This document shows, piece after piece, positions 1-8,618 of a stretch of 64,000 nt of DNA. The stretch spans positions 156,556 through 220,555 of the forward strand of contig CAVWXN010000008.1 in NCBI GenBank assembly GCA_963759125.1, given 5' to 3'. Origin of the DNA: an uncultured delta proteobacterium (GTDB lineage Bacteria; Desulfobacterota; Desulfobulbia; Desulfobulbales; Desulfocapsaceae). The position numbers and the translations under genes are program-made. The notes beneath the pieces were generated by a model. That model made no database searches and was not told the DNA's origin. It saw only the letters and a program-made list of their open reading frames with translations. Positions within the stretch are counted from its first letter, which is position 1, and the number at the start of each line of letters is the position of its first letter.

Positions 1-573
1 CTCGGCCACGATCCGTGCTTCAAGATTCTCTTCTGGATAAGAAAATGATAGCGAAACAAAGCGTTGGCGGGTGGAGGTTTTTAAATCTTTGAGTACACTT
101 TGATAGCCAGGATTATAGGACACCCCGAGCATAAACTGCTCTGGTGCGACCAAGAGCTGGCCCAGCTTATCTATCGGAAGCTCCCGGCGATCATCGGCCA
201 GCGGATGAATTACCACCGTCGTATCTTTTCTTGCTTCTACAATCTCATCCAGATAGCAGATTCCCCCGGCGCGGACGGCTCGGGTGAGAGGACCGTCAAC
301 CCAGATTGTCTCATCACCTTTGACCAGATACCTGCCGACCAGGTCCGAGGTTGAAAGATCGTCATGACAAGACACTGTGATGAGAGGTCTGCCCAACCGC
401 CAAGCAAGATATTGCATGAAACGCGTCTTACCGCAACCGGTGGGACCTTTTAGCAGCAGCGGCAGCTTTCTCTCGTAGGTTGCTATGCCTATTTCTATCT
501 CATCACCGACCGGTAGATAAAAGGGTTCCTCGGTAATGAGGTGTTCCTCCAGTGAGGATTGAATGAAAGTCAT
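1..573 (-). CDS. CbbQ/NirQ/NorQ-family MoxR-type AAA+ ATPase (N-terminal 191 codons; 3' end lies beyond the left window edge)
   Basis: Minus-strand ORF with ATG at 573-571, absent from the ORF track because the window edge truncates it. Translation: [84 protein letters not shown]...[24 protein letters not shown]...YNPGYQ. Walker A is GPTGCGKT, and the CbbQ/NorQ signature blocks are present. Confidence 0.85.
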   Translation of the reverse strand, partial: MTFIQSSLEEHLITEEPFYLPVGDEIEIGIATYERKLPLLLKGPTGCGKTRFMQYLAWRLGRPLITVSCHDDLSTSDLVGRYLVKGDETIWVDGPLTRAVRAGGICYLDEIVEARKDTTVVIHPLADDRRELPIDKLGQLLVAPEQFMLGVSYNPGYQSVLKDLKTSTRQRFVSLSFSYPEENLEARIVAE

Positions 574-1280
574 GGATTATCCTTTTTTCCAAATAATTAA
601 GGTTTTGGTTAACCATAAGAGCACCCCTCCCGAGACGCAAGAATCCTGGCCTGAAGAAGGTTAAAGCCAGTCAATTGAGCCAACGATCTTAGTTAATGAA
701 ATACAAACAATAGCAGTTTCTATAGTTAAATTACTTTTTGTTACCCATTGTCATTAAGGGGTACATGTCTAGCTTAGAAACCTAAGAGGTGGCAATCACC
801 ATTGAAACAGCCAGCAAAAAATTTAGAGGTAGAAAAAGAATAGCGGATACCATTTACTGGTGTGGATCAACAGTAAACAGGGGAAAGAGTACATCTGCTC
901 GCTCGAAAAAACAGATAATAAATCGTTTGAACAACTCAATGACGATGAACGAGCAAGGTGCACCGATGTTAATCAGATTGTCGGAACCGAGCGCTGGTAA
1001 AGTTACGGAGGAGTAATTGTAATGAAAACACTGCTTATAACTGGAACAATTCTAATAATTGGTATTTCCACCCCTGTTCTTGCTACCTGACAAGCTCAGC
1101 AGCATGCTGCTGCCGGCTGCTGAAGGATCATATGCCATGAGAAATCAAATTGCAGAACTTGACGCACACAACTCCGGGCAATTTGTGATCCAGGTAGAAT
1201 GGTCTGAGTTTTAATAACATTTAGCTAGTTCTATTTAGGCATATTCAGGTGTAATTTTCCCTATACTCATTTTCGTTTTT

Positions 1281-1310
1281 TTGACAAAACGCAAATTGTT
1301 TTTGTAAACT
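1281..1310 (+). promoter_or_regulatory. sigma-70-type promoter of riboswitch cassette 1 (TTGACA-N18-TAAACT)
   Basis: TTGACA at 1281-1286, an 18-nt spacer, TAAACT at 1305-1310. The identical hexamers and spacing recur upstream of the other two GEMM-I copies (4421-4450 and 11498-11527, minus strand). Confidence 0.6.
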
Positions 1311-1335
1311 TAGATAGCATACATAACAACTTCTT

Positions 1336-1412
1336 CGAAAGGGCAAACTTGGGGTGACCTGAGGGCGCAAAGCCACGGACCAGAACTTGCTGGCAGCCGG
1401 GTTGCCGAAAAG
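1336..1412 (+). promoter_or_regulatory. c-di-GMP-I (GEMM-I) riboswitch aptamer, copy 1
   Basis: RNA is CGAAAGGGCAAACUUGGGGUGACCUGAGGGCGCAAAGCCACGGACCAGAACUUGCUGGCAGCCGGGUUGCCGAAAAG. It matches the GEMM-I core as recalled from Vibrio cholerae Vc2: GGGCAAAC-hairpin with GNRA loop-GGGACGCAAAGCC-hairpin-GGGUUACCGA. The first hairpin stem covaries among the three copies. Confidence 0.9.
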
Positions 1413-1432
1413 AGGGGCTCAACCGTATTTTG

Positions 1433-1469
1433 CAACGCCCGTCTTCGGCTGAAGGATGGGCGTTTTTTT
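1433..1469 (+). terminator. intrinsic terminator (expression platform of riboswitch copy 1)
   Basis: AACGCCCGTCTTC-GGCT-GAAGGATGGGCGTT hairpin followed by a T7 run (1463-1469). It lies 20 nt after the aptamer and 130 nt before the ATG at 1599. Confidence 0.85.
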
Positions 1470-1598
1470 ATGAACATGGACATCTTAGCTTCTGTATTCA
1501 CGTCTGGTTCTTGTTCTGGCTTGCAAGCACGAGAAGAGTGCGTTGGCCTCGGTAACTAGCTTGATTTAAGATAAATATTTTCCCTCTTGGGTGAAAAA

Positions 1599-2012
1599 AT
1601 GAAGATGATTGCCCCAATAACATTTATTCTGATTGCAGTAATCGTAGGTAGTGGGCAAGCAGCTACTTATGGGGATACAGAGCAGGCCTTTCAAGACTGC
1701 CAACTTGCTTTAGAACTTGGCCGAGAGCTAACTGTGGATGAATCAATACGAGCTAACTCTTGTGTTAATTTCGTTATAGGAGCTTGGGATATGGGGGAGT
1801 ATTTATCTTGGAGGGATGTTTTTCTTGGGAATGACCCCCCTTTCTGCCCCCCTGATGAAGAAGTTGATATCACCCGACCCATCGTCGCATTTGTCAACTA
1901 TGTGGAAGAATATCCCGAAAAAATGGAACATCGTTTGGCGATGGTGCTGGAGTGGAGTTTCAAAAGGGCCTATCCGTGCACTGACGCCAACATCATCAAA
2001 CTAGCAAACTAA
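1599..2012 (+). CDS. small secreted protein, Rap1a/Tai4-like (T6SS amidase-immunity family fold) - tentative
   Basis: The ORF track starts at 1587 (TTG); ATG at 1599 or 1605 is more likely. N-terminal signal peptide is MKMIAPITFILIAVIVGSGQAA. The family pattern C..F.IG..D...(x)...FCPP.E.V....IV..V..Y.E.YPE.....LA.V.....F...YPC matches the Rap1a/Tai immunity-protein layout as I recall it. Confidence 0.65.
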   Translation: MKMIAPITFILIAVIVGSGQAATYGDTEQAFQDCQLALELGRELTVDESIRANSCVNFVIGAWDMGEYLSWRDVFLGNDPPFCPPDEEVDITRPIVAFVNYVEEYPEKMEHRLAMVLEWSFKRAYPCTDANIIKLAN

Positions 2013-2218
2013 AGATTCATGTTTGGATTAGATCAGGAAATTCAGGCGATTTCCAACTCAAAGATTTTCTGATCTTCTGCTAAACCTTCGATCAATTCCT
2101 TTGTCGCATGTACGGTGCCCACCTAATCTCAGGCCTGGAGTGTATTTTTGAATTCAAAAAAAATCAAAGCAGTTCATGTCTATTTACCCTATAAGAAGCC
2201 GGGCCTGAATCCAGCCCT

Positions 2219-2668
2219 CTAGTTTTGAGGTGGTCTGAACCTTAATTCCAGCTGGATAAACTCCTTTTTCATTTCAGCCGGCATGGCAGGTAATGGGCTG
2301 GAGTTTGAGATGCACTCCAGGGCGTAAAAATTGAACCGATCATTACCTGATGATTTCATAATCTCCTGAGCAATGATAGTGCCATCTCGGTCGATTTTGA
2401 GAGCGACTCGCAGAAAATCATCCGTTTTGACATCCAGATCTTCTGGAAAAAACCAATTGTTTTTTACCTGATCTATCACTTCGAAAACGTAACTCGACTC
2501 TATACCGTCCCGGGGGGAATCTAAACTCTGGCGTATTTCATTAACTTCTTTTTGGAGTTGTTCAAGCCGCCGCTCAAGTTCAATCTGTTTTTCATCATCA
2601 CTGTTCGCCGGGCTGGCTATCGCTGCAAAAATGACAATTGCTGAGATCACAAGCATATATTTTTTCAT
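2219..2668 (-). CDS. secreted TonB-C/TolA-C-like domain protein with coiled-coil linker
   Basis: Signal peptide is MKKYMLVISAIVIFAAIASPANS, followed by a coiled-coil (QIELERRLEQLQKEVNEIRQ). The C-terminal block NNWFFPEDL...RVALKIDRDGTIIAQEIMKSSGNDRFNFYALECISNSSPLPAMP fits the TonB_C/TolA_C pattern (W..P...v.i.l..dG.v..v.i..SSGn..fD..a..Ai....P.P..P). The RBS AAGGAAA lies upstream. Confidence 0.7.
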   Translation of the reverse strand: MKKYMLVISAIVIFAAIASPANSDDEKQIELERRLEQLQKEVNEIRQSLDSPRDGIESSYVFEVIDQVKNNWFFPEDLDVKTDDFLRVALKIDRDGTIIAQEIMKSSGNDRFNFYALECISNSSPLPAMPAEMKKEFIQLELRFRPPQN

Positions 2669-3033
2669 CGATTTTCCTTTATAGAATATTATCAGAGCAC
2701 CTTTTTATACTGCTTACCTTACCATGCCGTTGCGGGTGAGATATTTCAACTACAAAAGACATTTCAAACAGGCTGTTTCAGTTGTCCAGAAACTGATGAA
2801 GAACCACAGGGTCTGTACTCAATTAGACTGGCGATGCTTGAATATCCAATGGGTAATTTCAGGGAAAAATCGTGTGGTGCATGTCTTTGACATGAAAGAT
2901 CGCCAGATCAAACGTCTGAGGATTAGATATGGCATGGTCCGATACGTGAGCTTATTTATACTTATCAAGATCCATTGTAAAAAGAAAAACTGGTCATCAG
3001 TGCACTAAATTAACGGTTCAACTGGAGGCGATC

Positions 3034-3429
3034 ATGGAAATCAATCAAACCTACGAAATGAACCATACCGTAGACCTAAACGATCTCGCAAGTTCACTCA
3101 GCCCATCCCCCGATGATGAATTTCCGCCAGTTTTCGCCACCTCTCGCATGATTGCCTTCATGGAATTCTGTTCCGCACGATTCATGAATCCGCTATTGAA
3201 GGATGGCGAGTTGTCTGTTGGTGTTGGAATAGATATTAAGCACACGGTGCCGACACTCCCTGGTGAGGAAGTTATCCTCACATCCACCTATCTCGGGTGT
3301 GAAGGTAAACTTTTCCGTTTTAAGGTGTCAGTCTCTGATAAGCACGGAGTTGTAGGTGAAGGCGAACACACACGTGCCATTGTCAACACGGAGAAGTTGA
3401 TGAAGATTGCAGCAAAGCGGGCGATTTAA
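3034..3429 (+). CDS. hotdog-fold thioesterase (FlK/fluoroacetyl-CoA-thioesterase-like family)
   Basis: 131 aa with a GGAGG RBS. Sequence ...FPPVFATSRMIAFMEFCSARFMNPLL.DGELSVGVGIDIKHTVPTLPGEEV...GEGEHTRAIV is typical of this small thioesterase family. Confidence 0.75.
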   Translation: MEINQTYEMNHTVDLNDLASSLSPSPDDEFPPVFATSRMIAFMEFCSARFMNPLLKDGELSVGVGIDIKHTVPTLPGEEVILTSTYLGCEGKLFRFKVSVSDKHGVVGEGEHTRAIVNTEKLMKIAAKRAI

Positions 3430-3539
3430 GAACGGATGGGAGATAAAGCACGAATAAGTTTAAGACTGCTCCATAGAAAAACAGCTCGGCGGGGCGTTTT
3501 TGAAACAATGTGGATCGAGAGGATCAGAGATGTTTTAGT

Positions 3540-4170
3540 TTATCGTGACAGCTCTGCCAGAGTTATTTCATAAGTTCCACAAACTTCAGTAAGTATATTT
3601 ATGTGTCCTGTTTCTCTCCCTGTTCCCGCCCCTGGCTGGTTCATATCTTTTACAAAAACACCAAGAAATCTTGCCCTGGCATCGCTATCCTAGGTTACTT
3701 CTTCAATCACGGCCTTATAATCACGTGCAATTTGTTCCGTAATTGCAGCTTTGACAGCTATTAGAGTTGCCGTACAGTTGTCCGGAACATCTTCACAACT
3801 ATAGATCAACAGGTTGTCTCTCTGAGCCTCCGAAATATCCGGGATCATCCAGATTCAAATCGATATCTACCGTATAGGCATCTATGAGCTCACCCTCGCC
3901 TATTTTAAAATTAGAAACTCCAAATATGGCTTCACCGCCATATTGGATCCCTTCATTTTGCTCTACAGGTATCCAATTTGCTACAAGCGGTACCTCAAAT
4001 CCATCCATGTCGCCAATAGATCTGTGAGGAGGTGAAATTATGCCGTCTAAATAACATTCACCAGGGATGATTCCCCAAAATTCTTGTCGATCAGCATTTT
4101 CTGCCTGAATTATCACCTCGAACCAGCAAAACAGTCCAACAGCAAATAGCGCCGATACAAATTTCTTCAT
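3540..4170 (-). pseudogene. decayed paralog of the 10624-11259 secreted protein (frameshift near 3800-3806 plus in-frame TAG at 3690-3695); N-terminal 124 codons (3799-4170) remain open
   Basis: Residues MKKFVSALFAVGLF...IIPGECYLDGIISPPHRSIGDMDGFEVPLVANWIPVEQNEG...FKIGEGELIDAYTVDIDLNLDDPG align with the paralog. After a stop at 3799-3801, the homologous C-terminal half (YSCEDVPDNCTATLIAVKAAITEQIARDYKAVIEEVT*DSDARARFLGVFVKDMN...LTEVCGTYEITLAELSR*) continues in another frame and carries a TAG. The likely start is ATG at 4170 (RBS GAGGGA), not 4212. Confidence 0.75.
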
Positions 4171-4253
4171 AGTATCCCTCACGTTATGGAGTTGTTGAGC
4201 CGAACAATCCATTCTGCCTCAACAAACAACCCGGGCGCTTTTCGATTATGAAG

Positions 4254-4296
4254 AAAAAAACGCCCGTCTTCTCAGTCTCGGTCAAAGACGGGCGTT
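4254..4296 (-). terminator. intrinsic terminator (expression platform of riboswitch copy 2)
   Basis: Read on the minus strand: AACGCCCGUCUUUGACC-GAGA-CUGAGAAGACGGGCGUU followed by U7 (plus-strand A7 at 4254-4260). It lies 84 nt upstream of the ATG at 4170. Confidence 0.85.
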
Positions 4297-4320
4297 GCAT
4301 TGTGAGATGGCAAAACCCCT

Positions 4321-4397
4321 CTTTTCGGCAACCCTGCTACCAGACCATTCTGGCCAGTGGTTTTGCGTCCCTAGGTGACCCTAGGTTTGCCCTTTCG
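4321..4397 (-). promoter_or_regulatory. c-di-GMP-I (GEMM-I) riboswitch aptamer, copy 2
   Basis: Minus-strand RNA is CGAAAGGGCAAACCUAGGGUCACCUAGGGACGCAAAACCACUGGCCAGAAUGGUCUGGUAGCAGGGUUGCCGAAAAG, with the same core blocks as copy 1. The track ORF 4248-4430 overlapping it is rejected. Confidence 0.9.
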
Positions 4398-4420
4398 AAG
4401 AAGTTGTTTTGTTATCTTTT

Positions 4421-4450
4421 AGTTTATTGAAAAATTGAAATGTTTGTCAA
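4421..4450 (-). promoter_or_regulatory. sigma-70-type promoter of riboswitch cassette 2 (TTGACA-N18-TAAACT)
   Basis: Reverse complement gives TTGACA (4450-4445), an 18-nt spacer and TAAACT (4426-4421). This is identical to cassettes 1 and 3. Confidence 0.6.
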
Positions 4451-4761
4451 AAAAAAACTTAATTATTCTCGGATGATTGTTCTGGTGAAGAAAAAATAAC
4501 TCGACTATTTTACAAGGGTTTGGATGTTTTCTGATAACCATGCTGCCCAGGAAGTATTTTATTGACCCATTTCTTCAAGGAGGGTCACCCTGACTGGTCA
4601 AGCATATCGACATTTTTTATATTTCGAATTTCTCCGGGCGATTCAGTTGAAATTGTGTATTTTGCCTATTTAAACCCCTGAAGAAGCAGTGTAGATGGTG
4701 TATATGTTTATCGAAAAATTGAGATTTTGTGTAAGGAAGTGGGAAAGAAAACAGGAGATCC

Positions 4762-5133
4762 ATGATGCCTAAAAGAATGATTCTACCAATAGCCTTTATC
4801 ATCGTGACTCTCTTTTTCGTAATCAAAGGTTTCTTTGGCATGTTTCAGGATGAGCAAACGAAAGAAGAGCAACGTAAGGCTGAATTTGTCGAAAAAATCG
4901 AGGAAAAACGGGAGTACGATCTAAAGCTCCAGGGTTGTATCGAACAGCAGGACGAGCACCATGACTCACTCGAGGCCAAAGGTCAATTATACTCCATTGA
5001 AAATGGCAAAAAGGTTGACAACTCTTTCAAACTTCTCAGTGCCGAGTGCAAAATGATGATAATCCGCTCGGAGAAAGAATCGGATAATAAATCATCTGAG
5101 CAGAGAAAGAACACCACCGAGGAAAGCTCATAA
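4762..5133 (+). CDS. hypothetical membrane-anchored, charged/coiled-coil protein
   Basis: AGGAG RBS lies 5 nt upstream of the ATG. There is one N-terminal TM helix (ILPIAFIIVTLFFVIKGFFGMF), followed by a Lys/Glu-rich region. I recognise no family. Confidence 0.55.
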   Translation: MMPKRMILPIAFIIVTLFFVIKGFFGMFQDEQTKEEQRKAEFVEKIEEKREYDLKLQGCIEQQDEHHDSLEAKGQLYSIENGKKVDNSFKLLSAECKMMIIRSEKESDNKSSEQRKNTTEESS

Positions 5134-5163
5134 CAGCAAAAAATACTATCTGTTTGGTAATGA

Positions 5164-6456
5164 TTAATACCCCTTGTTTGCCAGTATTCTTTCAATATAT
5201 CGTGATTTTACCTGGCTGTTTGCCAGAATCTGCTTGACCGGAGGCAGCTTAAATACCACTCCAAGAAGTGCGGCCAGTGCTCGATGGCTGAAAAGCACCC
5301 GATTATCAAAAATCAGATGCTGAAGCTTTCCTCGTTCGATCGCCATAAGTACAACCCGGTGCGCACTGTTTACCGGGGTAATAACTTTTTCCTTGCGCGG
5401 GATCAGATGTATCGATTCTGTCGGACAGGAGCGGACACAGAGACCGCAGCCCAGGCAGATTTCTTGATCGAGTCGTGCGCTTCTCTTTTTCGGATTATGG
5501 GGGGCGTTTGCAGATACAAGGGATAAGGCCTCGACTGGACAAATATCGACGCATTTTCCACATCCTTTACAGGACTCGGTTGCCAGAGAAGGGATATAAT
5601 TCGTGGTATGGACCGGATGCAAATGGGCAAAGCGTTTGGCGGCAAGCAGCGCCTCACAGCAACAGCCGCAGCAATTACAAATAAAATTCACCCCCCTCAT
5701 GTTGTTTTCACCGAACTGCACCAAATTATTTTCATAGGCCTTCTGCAGCAATTCTCGCCCTTCCACGACATCTACTCGACGAGCGTGACCGTGGCGTATA
5801 AGTGAGTCTGCTGAAGTGTTAAAGGTCATGCAGATATCCATTGGTGCCTCACAGGCCTTATCTACATGCTGCATTTTGTGTCGGCAATAACAGAGGCTGA
5901 CACCCATCGGGTCAGCTGTTTCAATTACCTCACTTGCCCTTTCATAATCAAGTACAAGTAGAGACTGCTGATCGGGAAGTGCAGGTTCATGAACAAAGGT
6001 CCGACCGAGTTGTGTATCGCCCTTGGTAAAAAGTTCACGGATAAAGTCTTCTTCTTCATTCAGGTATTGGCAAAACAACTCACTCAGCACTTTCTGATCG
6101 ATGTCGTCCCGCAAACGCATAAGTGAAAATTCAAAAAATCCTGCCATTGGTGGTGGCAGAACATACTGGATCTCATCGTTTTGAACGATGTCTACAAGAA
6201 TGGCTCTAGAAGCCAGGGAGTCCAGAATTTTGTGCGTCTGACCTTCACCGATAGACCAGATCCGGCTCGCCTGTTTTGCGGTAAAAGGTTTTATCGGCAG
6301 CGCTGCAACCAGTTCAGCTTCCCGATCGGAAAAAAGAATTTTTAAGATTTTTTCAAGCAGAAGAGAGTCAGGTGCCCCCTGCGGAAAACGGTTTAGCCGG
6401 CTTGTAAGTAGATCGTGTGGTTGGTGATGAGAGTGATTGTTGAGGTGATGAGCCAC
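5164..6456 (-). CDS. 4Fe-4S dicluster domain protein with Cys-rich CNCCGCCCE motif and N-terminal wHTH-like region
   Basis: GTG start at 6456-6454 with RBS GGAGAAG. There are two ferredoxin motifs, CKGCGKCVDICP and CLGCGLCVRSCP, plus CYCRH...C...C and CNCCGCCCE clusters. The N-terminal segment AKQASRIWSIGEGQTHKILDSLASRAILV looks winged-helix-like. Confidence 0.8.
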   Translation of the reverse strand: MAHHLNNHSHHQPHDLLTSRLNRFPQGAPDSLLLEKILKILFSDREAELVAALPIKPFTAKQASRIWSIGEGQTHKILDSLASRAILVDIVQNDEIQYVLPPPMAGFFEFSLMRLRDDIDQKVLSELFCQYLNEEEDFIRELFTKGDTQLGRTFVHEPALPDQQSLLVLDYERASEVIETADPMGVSLCYCRHKMQHVDKACEAPMDICMTFNTSADSLIRHGHARRVDVVEGRELLQKAYENNLVQFGENNMRGVNFICNCCGCCCEALLAAKRFAHLHPVHTTNYIPSLATESCKGCGKCVDICPVEALSLVSANAPHNPKKRSARLDQEICLGCGLCVRSCPTESIHLIPRKEKVITPVNSAHRVVLMAIERGKLQHLIFDNRVLFSHRALAALLGVVFKLPPVKQILANSQVKSRYIERILANKGY

Positions 6457-6597
6457 TGGTCACTTCTCCATAACTTTGTCGTTCGCATTCATTTGATCCA
6501 AGCGAGACTCGCGCCGATTTCTCCGGCTGGCCCCGGTAATTTCGGAGTAGGAAATTACCGGCTCAACAGAGGAATCGTGCAGATAATCGGCTAAGTG

Positions 6598-8610
6598 CTA
6601 AACTTTTTCGAATTGAATCAGAGTGGTCCCGGTTTCCACGGCATCACCTGGGTTGACGTGTACAGATTCGACAATCGCATCGGTTGGCGCGGAAACCGCA
6701 CTTTCCATTTTCATTGATTCGAGAATGATCAGTTCCTGGCCTCGATAGACCCGCTCTCCAGCTTTAACTTTTACATCCACGACCATACCGGGCATAGGGC
6801 AATCAAGCAGATTTTCAATCTTTTTCTTGGAGGGCCGCGGCATAAATCTCGCTACTTCCCATTCCCGAGGATTGTAAATCTCGAAATTCCTGCAAACACC
6901 ACAGTAGGCCGCCTCGATAAAATTGCCGTTGTATTTCAGTCGAAAATAGCTGCTCTCTTCGTTGATGGTGAGTTTGAGTCTGCGACGATAGAATTCCGGT
7001 GGTGGAGTGACGACCTTGTAGGCTACCCCGTTGACTTCGATCAGCCATTGATGTTCACCGCCAGCCCTTTCAATCTGCACCTTGAACACGTCATCATCGC
7101 ATTTGGCCACATAGAAAAAGGCTGTCTCATCGGTTCCGGAAACGCCGACCCGGGATTTGAGAGGCAGCAGCGCATTCCTCATCAGATTTTCGCGCAGGTG
7201 GTAGACAAGGGTAGTGGCAATTGCCATGGCGTCCAGAGTTTCGGGGGACGGTGGCAGCCCCTCGTCCTGGGCCGGCAGATAGGTCGGGATGAAGGCGGTG
7301 GTGACGTTACCGCTGATAAATACCGGATGGGACAATACCTGGTTGGCAAAATCGACGTTGGTGGAAATTCCCTCGATATGATATCCGTTGAGGGCCTGAA
7401 TCATCAGCTTGCGAGCCTCTTCGCGATTTTGCCCCCAGGTGATAACTTTGGCGAGCATCGGGTCGTAATAGACACTGACGGTGCTTCCGGCATCGACCCC
7501 CGAGTCCACCCGGATATGCGAACCACGCGGCTCTGCGTAACGGGTGATAAGGCCGACTGAGGGTACAAAGCCGCGCAGGGCATCTTCGGCGCAGACGCGC
7601 ACCTCAATGGCCCAGCCTTTGAGCGCGATGTCCTGCTGGCTGAACGGCAACGGCTCGCCGACCGCAACCCGCAGCTGCAGTTCCACCAGATCAACTGAGT
7701 TGACCAGTTCGGTCACCGGGTGTTCGACCTGCAGCCTGGTATTCATTTCCAGAAAGTAGAAGGAACTGTCCTCAGCTAAAATAAATTCAACCGTGCCGGC
7801 ATTGACGTAGCCTGCACGCCTCGCCAGATCGCAGGCAAGGCTGCCCATTTTGTCACGCAGAGCAGGAGTCAGGGCACAGGAAGGCGATTCCTCGATTATT
7901 TTCTGGTAGCGACGCTGTATGGAGCATTCCCGTTCACCGAGATGAACGATGTTGCCGTGCTGGTCGGCAATGAGCTGGATTTCGATGTGTCGCGGTTTGG
8001 TAAGGTAGCGCTCGACAAAAATGCGGTCGTCACCGAACGATTTTCTGGTTTCCTGCTGGCAGAGTTGCAGCGAGGAACTCAGGTCCTGCTCTTGTTCGAC
8101 CACGCGCATGCCCTTGCCACCTCCACCCGCAGCGGGTTTGAGCAGGACGGGATAACCTACCAGTTGGGCAATGTCACGGGCCTGCTCGAAATCCAGCACC
8201 GGTTCGCTGTGACCGGGCACCGTTGGCACATCGGCCTCGATGGCCAGCTTTTTGGCGGCAATCTTGTCACCCATGGTGCTGATCACCTCGGCTGGCGGAC
8301 CGATAAAGACCAAGCCTGCAGCTCTAACGTTTTCGGCAAATTCGGCATTCTCGGACAGAAACCCGTATCCCGGGTGGATCGCCTGGCAGCCAGTGCCAAG
8401 CGCTGCCTCGATAATGGCGTCCATGCGTAGATACGAATCAGCCGGTCGAGCACCCCCGACGAGCACGGCCTCGTCCGCCAGGCGCACATGCTGTGAACGG
8501 AAATCGGGTTCGGAGTAAATGGCAACGGTTGAAACCCCGAGGGCCTGGCAGCTGCGAATTATCCGAAGGGCGATTTCACCACGGTTGGCAATGAGCACTT
8601 TGCTGAACAT
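6598..8610 (-). CDS. acyl-CoA (acetyl/propionyl-CoA) carboxylase alpha subunit: biotin carboxylase fused to biotin-carboxyl-carrier domain
   Basis: 670 aa. The N-terminus KVLIANRGEIALRIIRSCQALG and the ATP-grasp motifs (GGGGKGMR, EMNTRLQVEHPVTE) are present. The C-terminal biotinylation motif is ESMKMES. Confidence 0.92.
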   Translation of the reverse strand: MFSKVLIANRGEIALRIIRSCQALGVSTVAIYSEPDFRSQHVRLADEAVLVGGARPADSYLRMDAIIEAALGTGCQAIHPGYGFLSENAEFAENVRAAGLVFIGPPAEVISTMGDKIAAKKLAIEADVPTVPGHSEPVLDFEQARDIAQLVGYPVLLKPAAGGGGKGMRVVEQEQDLSSSLQLCQQETRKSFGDDRIFVERYLTKPRHIEIQLIADQHGNIVHLGERECSIQRRYQKIIEESPSCALTPALRDKMGSLACDLARRAGYVNAGTVEFILAEDSSFYFLEMNTRLQVEHPVTELVNSVDLVELQLRVAVGEPLPFSQQDIALKGWAIEVRVCAEDALRGFVPSVGLITRYAEPRGSHIRVDSGVDAGSTVSVYYDPMLAKVITWGQNREEARKLMIQALNGYHIEGISTNVDFANQVLSHPVFISGNVTTAFIPTYLPAQDEGLPPSPETLDAMAIATTLVYHLRENLMRNALLPLKSRVGVSGTDETAFFYVAKCDDDVFKVQIERAGGEHQWLIEVNGVAYKVVTPPPEFYRRRLKLTINEESSYFRLKYNGNFIEAAYCGVCRNFEIYNPREWEVARFMPRPSKKKIENLLDCPMPGMVVDVKVKAGERVYRGQELIILESMKMESAVSAPTDAIVESVHVNPGDAVETGTTLIQFEKV

Positions 8611-8618
8611 TATCTACC

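Noticed and set aside
789-1016. 75-aa ORF upstream of the mini-ORF.
   Set aside because: It has a GTG start without an SD and a basic low-complexity composition, and I recognise no family. It is probably non-coding.
1336-1412. First impression that the repeated leader might be a cobalamin riboswitch (CCACUGG/GCCACGG resembles part of the B12 box).
   Set aside because: The remaining B12-box and GGUG...AA.CC features are absent. The full set of GEMM-I core blocks (GGCAAAC, GGGACGCAAAGCC, GGGUUGCCGA) fits much better.
1310-1501. Track ORFs 1310-1501 (-) and 4248-4430 (+), 60-63 aa, overlapping the repeated element.
   Set aside because: They coincide with the GEMM-I aptamer and terminator. Conservation between copies follows RNA pairing rather than codon structure, and there is no RBS.
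2724-3008. 94-aa ORF in the divergent intergenic region between the TonB-C-like gene and the thioesterase gene.
   Set aside because: It has no RBS, is very basic and Cys/Trp-rich in a random-like way, and lies where two divergent promoters are expected.
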